From assembly GCA_003514055.1 (NCBI GenBank), contig DOSG01000008.1:45895-109894 (forward strand): 64,000 bases of DNA. The letters are read 5' to 3'. Position numbers and translations under genes: made by a program. Of the stretch, positions 28,913 through 37,644 are shown piece by piece (position 1 is the stretch's first letter; the number at the start of each line of letters is the position of its first letter). The DNA is from Candidatus Yanofskybacteria bacterium (GTDB lineage Bacteria; Patescibacteriota; Minisyncoccia; 2-02-FULL-40-12; GWA2-44-9). The notes beneath the pieces are model-generated. The model saw only the letters and a program-made list of their open reading frames with translations. It ran no database searches and was not told the origin of the DNA.

Positions 28913-28958
28913 CCCTGGCGAAGCAAGCAGACAGCTGCTCTTCGCCAGGGCTTTTTTT
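28913..28958 (+). terminator. rho-independent terminator
   Basis: CCCTGGCGAAG-loop-CTTCGCCAGGG-CTTTTTTT. Confidence 0.7.
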
Positions 28959-31900
28959 ATTCCATCATTTTACGTAGCGCACAATATTCGCAGTCTTTTT
29001 CTTTGCATCCCTTATCCCAAAAATCCAGATTCATTATTTCTTGAGATGTTTTAATGACTAATTCTTTAAGTTCTACGACCTCATCGGACGTGACATAGAA
29101 ACTTTCTTTCTTATATCTCCCCTTCTCGTCCGGCTCTATGAAATCAATGTCACCCGATATCATTTTAAATTTCTTGCCTTCAGCATAATTATTCAATAAC
29201 AAATTGTAGAATACCAGCTGTCTTTTTATATCACCATTAGATGTTTGAGTAGTACCCTCAATTTCGCCACGAGTTTTCTGCCTACCAGTTTTATAATCAA
29301 CCACGTTCACCTCTCCCGAGTCATTCAGTATCTCAATTTTATCTATCTTACCAGTAATCCTAACGTCCGCGGCAACGACTATCCCTGGTATGTTGAATTC
29401 ATTCAAAAGATTAGCCCTCCAGTGACCAACGTAATTATCGTAATAACCAGAAAGCGATTTCTCTCCTTTCTGAAGCACTTCTTCAAAATCACTCTCCTTA
29501 AGGGGTTCTCTCTGTAAATATGTGACAAACTTACTCAATAGCATCTCTTTATTAGCTTCGCCTTCCTTGATTTTATCGAAGAAATCTTTGAGCGCACCGT
29601 GAATAGCTGTGCCATACATTTGATGCTTATCTTTGGCTTTTGGTATGCGTAACAGATTAGTATAGAAATACTGCCACGGACATCTTAGATAGTTGTTTAA
29701 GCCCGTAACTGATAACCCATTCTTAGTGAATAAGTCTTTTATGAATTCTTTGTCTTTTATACTTGTTCCAGATTTCACTTTTGGCGTAAACATAATTGTT
29801 CTGTCTCTTTCAAATCCATCTTCATACTCATCGGCAACGACGGTTTCTATGAGATCGGATTTAATCTCCTGGATAAATTGAGATGGTATCTGCTGCTTAC
29901 CGGAAAGTGCTTCCTGGGCATATGTAATTGTCACCAATTTCTTAGCTCGAGTTATGGCCACATAAAATAATCTCCTCTCGTCATCATTTCCATCATCATC
30001 TGCAAGATCCTTATCCTTACAAAGGGCGCCCCTGAGGGGCGCCCTTTGTAACCCAAGAGAATAGACCGAGGCAGGCAAAGACAACAGGTTAGTTCGCCTC
30101 TTATTACCCCAGTGGCCGTCAAAAGCATTCACTATATATACATATTCGAACTCCTGTCCTTTCGATCTGTGGGCGGTCATGAGTCTTATATTCTTTGTGC
30201 CCGATTGGCCTAAACTCTTTTTAATAAGTAGATTATGTATCTGAAGGGTGTCTATATATTTTATAAAATCGCGTAGATCGTAATCTTTGTGTTTCTCCAA
30301 CAATGACTTGATCTCGTTGAATAATCCATCCAATTTTTGCATCTTCTCAGCTACGTCCTTTTCTTTCATTATGTGAGCTAGAAAGCCAGACTCGTTTATC
30401 ATCAACTCGAAGAATTCCGATAAGCCCTGGTTTTTCTGAATCGTAGCCCACCCCGCTACTTTTTTATAGAAATCATGAATTTTATCGGCTGATTCGAGAT
30501 CAATACGCTCAAGATTCTTCTTATGTTTTACAATATCGTGTACGGGAATCTTTTCTTTGTTTGAATAGTTTATGATTTTGTATACGTCCAGCGGATCAAT
30601 ACCTAGAAAATCAATATGCATAGATTCGAGTATCCTAGCCTGAGATCCGAAATTATCCACCAGGCGCATTATCAGCATAAGCTTCTTAATATCGGGATCA
30701 GACAAAATATCCTGATCAGATTCTATAGCAAAAGGCACGTCAACTCTTTCAAGCATATCCGCAAAAGTAAAAACATCTTTATTGTCACGATACAGGATGG
30801 CAATCTCGGACGGCACAACGCCCTTAGAAATTAAATTCTTTATGCTTTTAGCCACGAAATACGCCTCAACTTTTGGCTTTGAAAAGGATAAAAGCCTTAT
30901 CTTTTCCTCTTCGTATCTCATATTAGCTTGTAGTTGCTTATCTCCGGCCAAGATACTATGGGCCGAATCTAGAATATTTTGAGTTGAGCGATAATTATCT
31001 TCCAAGACAATTAGTCTTGCCTTAGGATACAAATTCTTGAAATATAGAAAATTCTCTATAGATGCACCCTGGAATCTGAATATGGCCTGTTTCTCGTCGC
31101 CAACCACGAATATGTTTGGATTAGGATGGAAATTACAGAGTAGCTCCAGAACCTTATTCTGGGCATTATTTGTATCCTGGTGTTCGTCTACTAGCATGTA
31201 CTGGTGTTGCTCCTGCAATATCAATAAAAGATTCTGATTCTGACTGAGTTCTCGCAGAACCTCCATAATCATATCGCTATAGTCATACATCTTATTCTCA
31301 GCCAACTGCTTCTGATAAAATCCGTAGACCACGGCCAACTCCTTATTTTTTCGAATCTGCTTTTCAATTTTCTGATATTCACCCTTCATCTTACCCTTGT
31401 GTGCACCTTTCTCATGATAAAGATCGTCAATCGATGTAAAGTCTTTCTCCTCTTTCTCTACTAGCAGCTTAAATCCTTCCGGGCTAAGACCTTCGCGCTT
31501 AAGATCGTTTAAAGATTTCAAAATTTCTCGCGTGTAATAAAGCGGATCACCGAATGGCTTGAGATCCTTAAGAGGTAGGCCATCGATGGCTTTTTCGATG
31601 ATATTTATCTGATCAACTTCAGTAATATTCTGCGACCCAATGATTGCCGGAAATTCTTCGGGGTAATTTTTAATCACGTCATTGCAAAAACCATGAAAAG
31701 TACTTATCACCACCGAATATCCTGGAGTGCCAATAATCTCGACTAATCGTCTGCGCATTGAAGATACGCCAGATTCTGTGAATGTAAGCGCTAAAATATT
31801 TTCCGGTTCAGTATCGGTCTTCTTTAGTATATTAGCGATGCGCAAAGTCAAAATCTGGGTCTTGCCAGTTCCGGGTCCAGCCACCACCATCACAGGCCCA

Positions 31901-31983
31901 TCAACCGCATCCACGGCCTCCTTCTGAGCCTTATTGAGTTTTTTATATAGCTCCTCGAACTTCGCCATGATTAGATTATACAT
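28957..31983 (-). CDS. UvrD/PcrA-type SF1 helicase fused to a C-terminal Cas4/AddB-like PD-(D/E)xK nuclease with a four-Cys cluster
   Basis: Walker A MVVAGPGTGKTQ; UvrD motifs through about aa 700; C-terminal YLRCPWQYF ... CKEKDCEYC. Confidence 0.85.
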   Translation of the reverse strand: MYNLIMAKFEELYKKLNKAQKEAVDAVDGPVMVVAGPGTGKTQILTLRIANILKKTDTEPENILALTFTESGVSSMRRRLVEIIGTPGYSVVISTFHGFCNDVIKNYPEEFPAIIGSQNITEVDQINIIEKAIDGLPLKDLKPFGDPLYYTREILKSLNDLKREGLSPEGFKLLVEKEEKDFTSIDDLYHEKGAHKGKMKGEYQKIEKQIRKNKELAVVYGFYQKQLAENKMYDYSDMIMEVLRELSQNQNLLLILQEQHQYMLVDEHQDTNNAQNKVLELLCNFHPNPNIFVVGDEKQAIFRFQGASIENFLYFKNLYPKARLIVLEDNYRSTQNILDSAHSILAGDKQLQANMRYEEEKIRLLSFSKPKVEAYFVAKSIKNLISKGVVPSEIAILYRDNKDVFTFADMLERVDVPFAIESDQDILSDPDIKKLMLIMRLVDNFGSQARILESMHIDFLGIDPLDVYKIINYSNKEKIPVHDIVKHKKNLERIDLESADKIHDFYKKVAGWATIQKNQGLSEFFELMINESGFLAHIMKEKDVAEKMQKLDGLFNEIKSLLEKHKDYDLRDFIKYIDTLQIHNLLIKKSLGQSGTKNIRLMTAHRSKGQEFEYVYIVNAFDGHWGNKRRTNLLSLPASVYSLGLQRAPLRGALCKDKDLADDDGNDDERRLFYVAITRAKKLVTITYAQEALSGKQQIPSQFIQEIKSDLIETVVADEYEDGFERDRTIMFTPKVKSGTSIKDKEFIKDLFTKNGLSVTGLNNYLRCPWQYFYTNLLRIPKAKDKHQMYGTAIHGALKDFFDKIKEGEANKEMLLSKFVTYLQREPLKESDFEEVLQKGEKSLSGYYDNYVGHWRANLLNEFNIPGIVVAADVRITGKIDKIEILNDSGEVNVVDYKTGRQKTRGEIEGTTQTSNGDIKRQLVFYNLLLNNYAEGKKFKMISGDIDFIEPDEKGRYKKESFYVTSDEVVELKELVIKTSQEIMNLDFWDKGCKEKDCEYCALRKMME
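30017..30051. repeat. GC-rich palindromic mini-element, in frame inside the helicase-nuclease CDS
   Basis: TTACAAAGGGCGCCCC-TGA-GGGGCGCCCTTTGTAA. 14-bp perfect stem. Translated as LQRAPLRGALC. Confidence 0.6.
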
Positions 31984-32016
31984 TTTTTAAACAGATCCCC
32001 GTTATATATGGACTTG

Positions 32017-33000
32017 CTATTCGGTCATATTAATAGACGTATCCACTCCGAATTGTTTAAAACTACCTTCCCCAAATGTTCTTTCAATTATTCTTGCTAT
32101 TCTCAATAATCGGCCCGTCATTACAGCTTCTGCAAATAATTTAAACACATCTTCCTCTGAAGAGAATTCATCTGAATTTTTTACATAAATTTCTCTAACC
32201 AGACTACCTAGTTCTTTTCTCTCCTCGCTGTAGGCGTAGCCTTCTCTTAGCTTGATAGATGGGCCATCTTTTGTTTTGAAATCTCTGACCACGGCCAAGT
32301 CGTCTGCCGCAATCTCACGATTCCCATCTTCTGCAGATTTTTTGGCAATTTCTGATCTTTTTAATTCCCTTTCTTCGTATTCTTTTTTAGTAAGAGCCAG
32401 TCTACCGAAGTATCTTTTATCAAATCTTTTCATCAATTCCTCCGTTATCGCTTCGTTTAAATTATGAAAAAATATTTTATTCTTTTTCTCAGAAAAAATT
32501 TCGAAACCAATTCTTCTAGGCCCGAGAATTACCAATTCTCCTCCGTCGTCTTCGTCTTTCTCGAAGCGAAATTTTTTCCCTCTGCTTGCATTCTGGATAG
32601 ATTGGAAGGAATTAAAATGTAATAGCTCATGCACCACGCGTATCGCGGCTTTGAGATCGCTGTAACTTGAATCTACGAAGATAAAAATGGCCTGAGACTC
32701 AGGGCTGTAGAGTCCATTAAATTCTTGGGTCTTGTCGCTGGCACTTTTAGGAAGATTGTGCCTATCAATCACATGGATATTCTTGGCAGGCACATCGATA
32801 GGCTCTCCTCCATATTCGGAGACAAATTCTCTTAGAAAAGAATTAATCTGTCCCAGAGCTTCGATCCATTCGGGACTTTTAGCTACTTCATAAGACTTAG
32901 TTACGTTGCTATTTAATATATCACCGTACAAGTCCTGAAAAACTTCAGCGTCAGTCCTTAGTACTTTAGATATCCCGGATTTTCTTTCAAATTTATTCAT
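32017..33000 (-). CDS. hypothetical protein with an HExxH motif (possible Zn-dependent peptidase; an ImmA/IrrE-like fold not excluded)
   Basis: VVHELLHFNS at aa 124-128; 33-nt gap to the helicase-nuclease gene suggests co-transcription. Confidence 0.5.
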   Translation of the reverse strand: MNKFERKSGISKVLRTDAEVFQDLYGDILNSNVTKSYEVAKSPEWIEALGQINSFLREFVSEYGGEPIDVPAKNIHVIDRHNLPKSASDKTQEFNGLYSPESQAIFIFVDSSYSDLKAAIRVVHELLHFNSFQSIQNASRGKKFRFEKDEDDGGELVILGPRRIGFEIFSEKKNKIFFHNLNEAITEELMKRFDKRYFGRLALTKKEYEERELKRSEIAKKSAEDGNREIAADDLAVVRDFKTKDGPSIKLREGYAYSEERKELGSLVREIYVKNSDEFSSEEDVFKLFAEAVMTGRLLRIARIIERTFGEGSFKQFGVDTSINMTE

Positions 33001-33094
33001 GTCTCTAGCTTAGAATAATTGAAATTTATGAACAAGGGCACTTAGAAGTAAAAACCTGCTTAAAAAATAGTGTCTGGAAATGACGACCTATAAA

Positions 33095-33123
33095 AATCAA
33101 AAGCCGCCTGCAAGGCGGCTAGG
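33095..33123 (-). terminator. terminator hairpin, one of two exact 29-nt copies
   Basis: AATCAAAAGCCGCCTGCAAGGCGGCTAGG, identical to 33808-33836. Confidence 0.6.
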
Positions 33124-33753
33124 CTAGCCTTTACGCCACTCCCAACACAAGAATCGGCTTTTACGCATGCCAACTGGATAGGGATAATATGAGAACTCCA
33201 CGATCAGTGGTCTAATCCAGTGGAATCTCGTCAATTCGAAAGCGCGGTTTCTCAAAATCTCAGGCACCCATTCTGGCCACGGCTGCTGCAACCTTCTTTG
33301 GGCCGTCTTGAGAGTATCGATATCTCCATGCTCTATGTCTCTACCATAGCCAGATCCAGTCAAATATTCTAACTGCATCTCCACATGCTGGAATGCCTGA
33401 GAGATCCTTATCGTCCCCTGATAAATATTATCGGCTCGCGGCAACGTTTCATTGAATAAAGAAAAATAATTAGGGTTAGTTTCTTTAACGAAGCCGACTA
33501 TCGCATCCCAATCTTTCTGCTCTGGCTTAAATGGTCCGCGACCCTTATCATCTGCTCTAAATGTTCGACAGGAGATTAATCCACCACGCTCATCGAAAAA
33601 CTTTCTCAATTGATCGAAATCAATCCCTCCTGGAGGAAAAGCGATGTAATTCGGGATATTCTGACCAAACTCAAAAAGCTGCCACATACGATGATGCTTG
33701 AGAGGATATTCCAATTCTTGTCCAACCGAGACAATGTTAGATAGAGCCGCCAT
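33124..33753 (-). CDS. hypothetical protein (209 aa)
   Basis: ORF track; Trp/aromatic-rich; no family recognised. Confidence 0.5.
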   Translation of the reverse strand: MAALSNIVSVGQELEYPLKHHRMWQLFEFGQNIPNYIAFPPGGIDFDQLRKFFDERGGLISCRTFRADDKGRGPFKPEQKDWDAIVGFVKETNPNYFSLFNETLPRADNIYQGTIRISQAFQHVEMQLEYLTGSGYGRDIEHGDIDTLKTAQRRLQQPWPEWVPEILRNRAFELTRFHWIRPLIVEFSYYPYPVGMRKSRFLCWEWRKG

Positions 33754-33807
33754 AAGTCATCCTTTCAATGAGCACGAAGATAAATTATCACTATAAACAT
33801 TAAAGTC

Positions 33808-33836
33808 AATCAAAAGCCGCCTGCAAGGCGGCTAGG
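33808..33836 (-). terminator. terminator hairpin, second exact 29-nt copy
   Basis: AATCAAAAGCCGCCTGCAAGGCGGCTAGG. Confidence 0.6.
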
Positions 33837-33847
33837 AATGCGAAGTT

Positions 33848-34177
33848 CTAAAAAATATCTTCGCTCGGGGTATTGTTTGAAGCTCTGCCCTTCACGCTGA
33901 CAGTAGTATTCTCCGGATGAGCACATAAAGCATGGAGATCAATAGCTAAGATGTCAAAATAATTTTCACAGGTAGGACATTGAGCACAGCGACAATTAGG
34001 ACATTCGCCGGCCTTGTTGCCTTTCCAGCCAGGTTGATGGCAGAGACAACGACAAGGACTAGCATATTGATTAACGACACCCAGCATACTATTGCCACCA
34101 AGAAGATCTTCAATAATGTCGTGGGCCATATTGATTTCCCTTTTCAAAATACTAGTTCTATTCCAACATATTTCCAT
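33848..34177 (-). CDS. Cys-rich small protein (CxCxC...CxxCxCxxCxxC); the true start is probably at an internal Met
   Basis: Eleven Cys within about 35 residues (CRCLCHQPGWKGNKAGECPNCRCAQCPTC); upstream segment contains a Gly-Gly pair. Confidence 0.45.
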   Translation of the reverse strand: MEICWNRTSILKREINMAHDIIEDLLGGNSMLGVVNQYASPCRCLCHQPGWKGNKAGECPNCRCAQCPTCENYFDILAIDLHALCAHPENTTVSVKGRASNNTPSEDIF

Positions 34178-34190
34178 AGTTTAGTAAATA

Positions 34191-35180
34191 GTGTATACTG
34201 TTTCTACTATGTTAGTCGATGAACTAAAAATACGCGTTAGAGCCGGAAATGGCGGTCATGGCACCGTCGCTTTTAGCAAAATAAAAATGGCCCTTGGGCC
34301 AACCGGAGGTCGTGGCGGCAAAGGTGGCAGTGTTTGGCTAGAAGGAATTGCCGATATCGGTGGCCTAACTAAACTTAAGTTTGCCAAGACTTTTGAAGCC
34401 ATTGATGGCAAGAATGGTGGCCACCATCTAAACGATGGCCCCGACGGAGCAGACATAACCATTAAGGTTCCGGTTGGTACAGTAGCTAAGAATCTAACGA
34501 CCAAGAGAGAGATTGAAGTCACTAAAATCGGCGAAAGAGTTTTAATCGCGCAAGGTGGCCGTGGCGGTAGAGGTAATTTCCATTTTAGATCTTCGACCAA
34601 TACTAGCCCACAGCAATCTCAGCCCGGAACAAAAGGTGAGAAATATAATTTTAGACTAGAATTAAAACTTATTGCCGATGTCGGCCTAGTTGGCATGCCC
34701 AATGTTGGTAAATCATCTCTGATTAATGAACTCACAAAAGCCAAGAGTAAGGTCGCTAATTATCCATTCACAACTCTCGAAGCGCATCTTGGTTCTTATT
34801 ACGGATTGATCTTAGCTGACATTCCTGGAATTATTGAAGGTGCCCATGAAGGCAAGGGTCTTGGCATAAGATTTTTAAAACACGTAGAGAGAACTAAGGT
34901 TCTATTCCACCTCGTCTCAGCCGAGTCAGAGACCCCAGTTACCGATTATGAGGTAATGCGCGCAGAACTTGGAGCCTACAAAGAGGAACTACTAAACAAG
35001 AAGGAATACGTCTTCATCTCAAAATCAGACCTAATCAAACCAATTGAATTAAAAAAGATAATCACAAAGCTCAAAAAATTAAATAAAAATATACTTCCCC
35101 TCTCAATTCACGATTGGGACAGTCTAGAGGCAGTTCGCAAGATCCTCAACGAAATCCAAGCAGAAAAAACAGCCACCTAG
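34191..35180 (+). CDS. obg: GTPase Obg (likely true start is the ATG at 34209)
   Basis: Gly-rich Obg fold GNGGHGTVAF...GGRGGKGG; G1 motif GMPNVGKSS. Confidence 0.9.
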   Translation: MYTVSTMLVDELKIRVRAGNGGHGTVAFSKIKMALGPTGGRGGKGGSVWLEGIADIGGLTKLKFAKTFEAIDGKNGGHHLNDGPDGADITIKVPVGTVAKNLTTKREIEVTKIGERVLIAQGGRGGRGNFHFRSSTNTSPQQSQPGTKGEKYNFRLELKLIADVGLVGMPNVGKSSLINELTKAKSKVANYPFTTLEAHLGSYYGLILADIPGIIEGAHEGKGLGIRFLKHVERTKVLFHLVSAESETPVTDYEVMRAELGAYKEELLNKKEYVFISKSDLIKPIELKKIITKLKKLNKNILPLSIHDWDSLEAVRKILNEIQAEKTAT

Positions 35181-35193
35181 TGGCTGTTTTTTT
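35164..35193 (+). terminator. rho-independent terminator overlapping the obg stop
   Basis: CAGCCA-CCTAG-TGGCTG-TTTTTTT. Confidence 0.65.
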
Positions 35194-36115
35194 ATTTAAT
35201 ATAGAAAGTATAAGTTTTATAGGTTTCGAATTTATTGAAAAATTGAGTCTTAAATCTTAGCGCTTGAGAATCGCTACCCTCAAGATCACAACTCTTGTAT
35301 CCGGCATTTTTTATCCAAACTAAATCTTCATATAAAAGAGCCACTCCCAAATCTTTAATTGAGTAATCGTGAATACCGATACTCGCTGACCATTCGCTCG
35401 GGTTATTCGACGTCTCCCAACCAGCATTAAATCCTACCGGCTTGTTATCGACGATCATAACTCTCGAACTTTTCGTACCGCCAAAATTATTATCTATCAT
35501 GTCATGATAACGCTCAGGGAGAACCGCTATGCCTACTCTGGCACGGCTAGCGAACCATCGATCGACTATGTCGTGCAAATCTTTTTTGGATAACTCGCTC
35601 GTTTCCGAGATTTTGACCGCATGCTCACGATTAAATTTGCTAAGAGCATTTCGTAGTTCTTTAAAATGACTCCCCGGTAATTCTGGATTCCAAGTGGCCA
35701 TATCTACTACCGGCCAAACAATTTCATAGTCTGGTTTAAACTTATCTCTGTAATTTTTGATCGCGAAATCTTGCACGGACTCACGAACATCAAGAAAATA
35801 TATCGTCATACTCTGACCTAAAACATAATCGCACAATTCTTTCAAAATTTTGTCCTGGACATTCGTTGGAGCGATGGGATCGGCTACTATCACGTGCTGA
35901 TTAGTCTTTTTGTTTACATAAAACCAAACGCCTTCGCCGTCTTTCCAGACGACGAAGGCGGGGCTACCATCGTTCGAACAGCTCTTTAACCAATCAAAAT
36001 TGTGATCAGGCGAATATCCAAATTTACTTATCGAAGATTCGATAAGTTCTCTTTCTTCTTCTACGTTATCTATTATCCTCACGTCCCAAGAGTAACAAAA
36101 TATTTTTTTAACCAC
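35192..36115 (-). CDS. hypothetical protein (possible acyltransferase-fold / DUF2156-like; unverified)
   Basis: ORF track; divergent from the ATP-grasp gene across a 109-nt AT-rich spacer. Confidence 0.5.
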   Translation of the reverse strand: MVKKIFCYSWDVRIIDNVEEERELIESSISKFGYSPDHNFDWLKSCSNDGSPAFVVWKDGEGVWFYVNKKTNQHVIVADPIAPTNVQDKILKELCDYVLGQSMTIYFLDVRESVQDFAIKNYRDKFKPDYEIVWPVVDMATWNPELPGSHFKELRNALSKFNREHAVKISETSELSKKDLHDIVDRWFASRARVGIAVLPERYHDMIDNNFGGTKSSRVMIVDNKPVGFNAGWETSNNPSEWSASIGIHDYSIKDLGVALLYEDLVWIKNAGYKSCDLEGSDSQALRFKTQFFNKFETYKTYTFYIK

Positions 36116-36224
36116 AATTTTTCTTGTAATATTTTTTCAAAGGAATAATATTTAATTGTTCAATAATAATTTTCGAAATTAAAAATTTTATTTCAAAAAT
36201 TTTTCTAAATTAGAAACTAAGAAC

Positions 36225-37601
36225 ATGTCCAACGGAGAGGTAAAACAAAATGGATCGAACGGAAATGGAAATGGCAACGGCTCGCCTCGCGGCGAAACAG
36301 TAAACGGGCATCCTGAAAAACCCAAATATAAATTTCTTTTTATAAGCTGGGAAAGCTTGAGTGGAGATTTGGCCTGGCAAATAAAGAAAGAAGGCCATGA
36401 AGTCAAATGCTACATAAAAGATCTCGGCGGAACTAATGTCTACGATGGTATCTTAGAAAAAGTAGACGACTGGAAATCTTTCGTAGATTGGGCTGACGTT
36501 ATTGTCTTTGATGACATCTGGTTTGGCGATCAAGCTGACAAGTTAAGAAAGGCAGGAAAAGCTGTAATCGGTGGCAGCTCCTATACCGATAGATTAGAAG
36601 ACGATCGAGAGTTCGGACAATCAGAGATGAAAAGAATGGGCATGAATATTCTTCCGCATTGGGATTTTAGTGACTACGACGAGGCCCTGAAATTTATTTC
36701 CGAGAACCCAGGCCGCTATGTTTACAAGCCTTCTCTTGACGTCTCTTCCGATTGGAAAGGCCTTCTATTTATAGGCAAAGAAGAAGATGGCAAGGATTTA
36801 CATCAAATTCTATCCAGCAATAAAACCGTACTAGGTAAAAAAATAAAATCTTTTCAGCTACAGAAATATGCTTCTGGAGTCGAGGTCGGTTGTGCTGCGT
36901 TTTTTAATGGTCAAGATTTTATAATGCCCCTAAACATCGCCTTTGAGCACAAAAGACTTTTCCCCGGAGAGATTGGCCCCATGACTGGCGAAATGGGTAC
37001 TTCGATGTTCTGGTGCGGTCCAAATAATTTTTTCCGATCAACTCTTGAAAAAATGCTCGAACCTCTGCGCGCCTCTGGATATGTCGGATACATTGATATT
37101 AATTGCATAGTAAACGCTCGTGGCATTTATCCGCTAGAGTTCACCTGCCGTTTCGGTTACCCTACGATCTCCATTCAGCAAGAAGGGATACTGAACGATT
37201 GGGGAGAATTTTTTCATGCCATTGCCAACCATAAATCCTATGAATTGCGCACAAGAAAAGGATTCCAAGTCGGCGTCGTGGTTGCCACTCCACCATTTCC
37301 GTATGACGATAAGTCCGAGTTGGCGATTTACAACGACACATCTATTCTATTTAAAAAGCCCAATTATGAAGGCGTCCATCTAGGCGATGTAAAAATAGTC
37401 GATGGTGATTGGAAGATAGATGGCACTTGCGGATACGATTTGGTTGTTACGGGATCGGGCACGACGATGGAAGATGCTCGCCGTATGACCTACAACAGGA
37501 TCGACAACATTATGATTCTAAACATGTTCTACCGCACAGACATCGGCGCTACTTGGGCCGAAGATCGAGACAAGATGCACAGCTGGGAATACATTTACTA
37601 A
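36225..37601 (+). CDS. ATP-grasp enzyme of the phosphoribosylamine--glycine ligase (PurD) family, divergent, with an Asn/Gly-rich N-terminal tail
   Basis: PurD-like layout with a GEIGPMTGEMGTS loop resembling the GPNTGGMGAYSP motif; NGNGNGNG low-complexity N-terminus. Confidence 0.55.
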   Translation: MSNGEVKQNGSNGNGNGNGSPRGETVNGHPEKPKYKFLFISWESLSGDLAWQIKKEGHEVKCYIKDLGGTNVYDGILEKVDDWKSFVDWADVIVFDDIWFGDQADKLRKAGKAVIGGSSYTDRLEDDREFGQSEMKRMGMNILPHWDFSDYDEALKFISENPGRYVYKPSLDVSSDWKGLLFIGKEEDGKDLHQILSSNKTVLGKKIKSFQLQKYASGVEVGCAAFFNGQDFIMPLNIAFEHKRLFPGEIGPMTGEMGTSMFWCGPNNFFRSTLEKMLEPLRASGYVGYIDINCIVNARGIYPLEFTCRFGYPTISIQQEGILNDWGEFFHAIANHKSYELRTRKGFQVGVVVATPPFPYDDKSELAIYNDTSILFKKPNYEGVHLGDVKIVDGDWKIDGTCGYDLVVTGSGTTMEDARRMTYNRIDNIMILNMFYRTDIGATWAEDRDKMHSWEYIY

Positions 37602-37604
37602 TAC

Positions 37605-37637
37605 AAAGAAAGCCGCCCAGGAAGGGCGGCTTTCTTA
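37605..37637. terminator. bidirectional terminator
   Basis: GAAAGCCGCCC-AGGAA-GGGCGGCTTTC. Confidence 0.65.
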
Positions 37638-37644
37638 AGGCATG

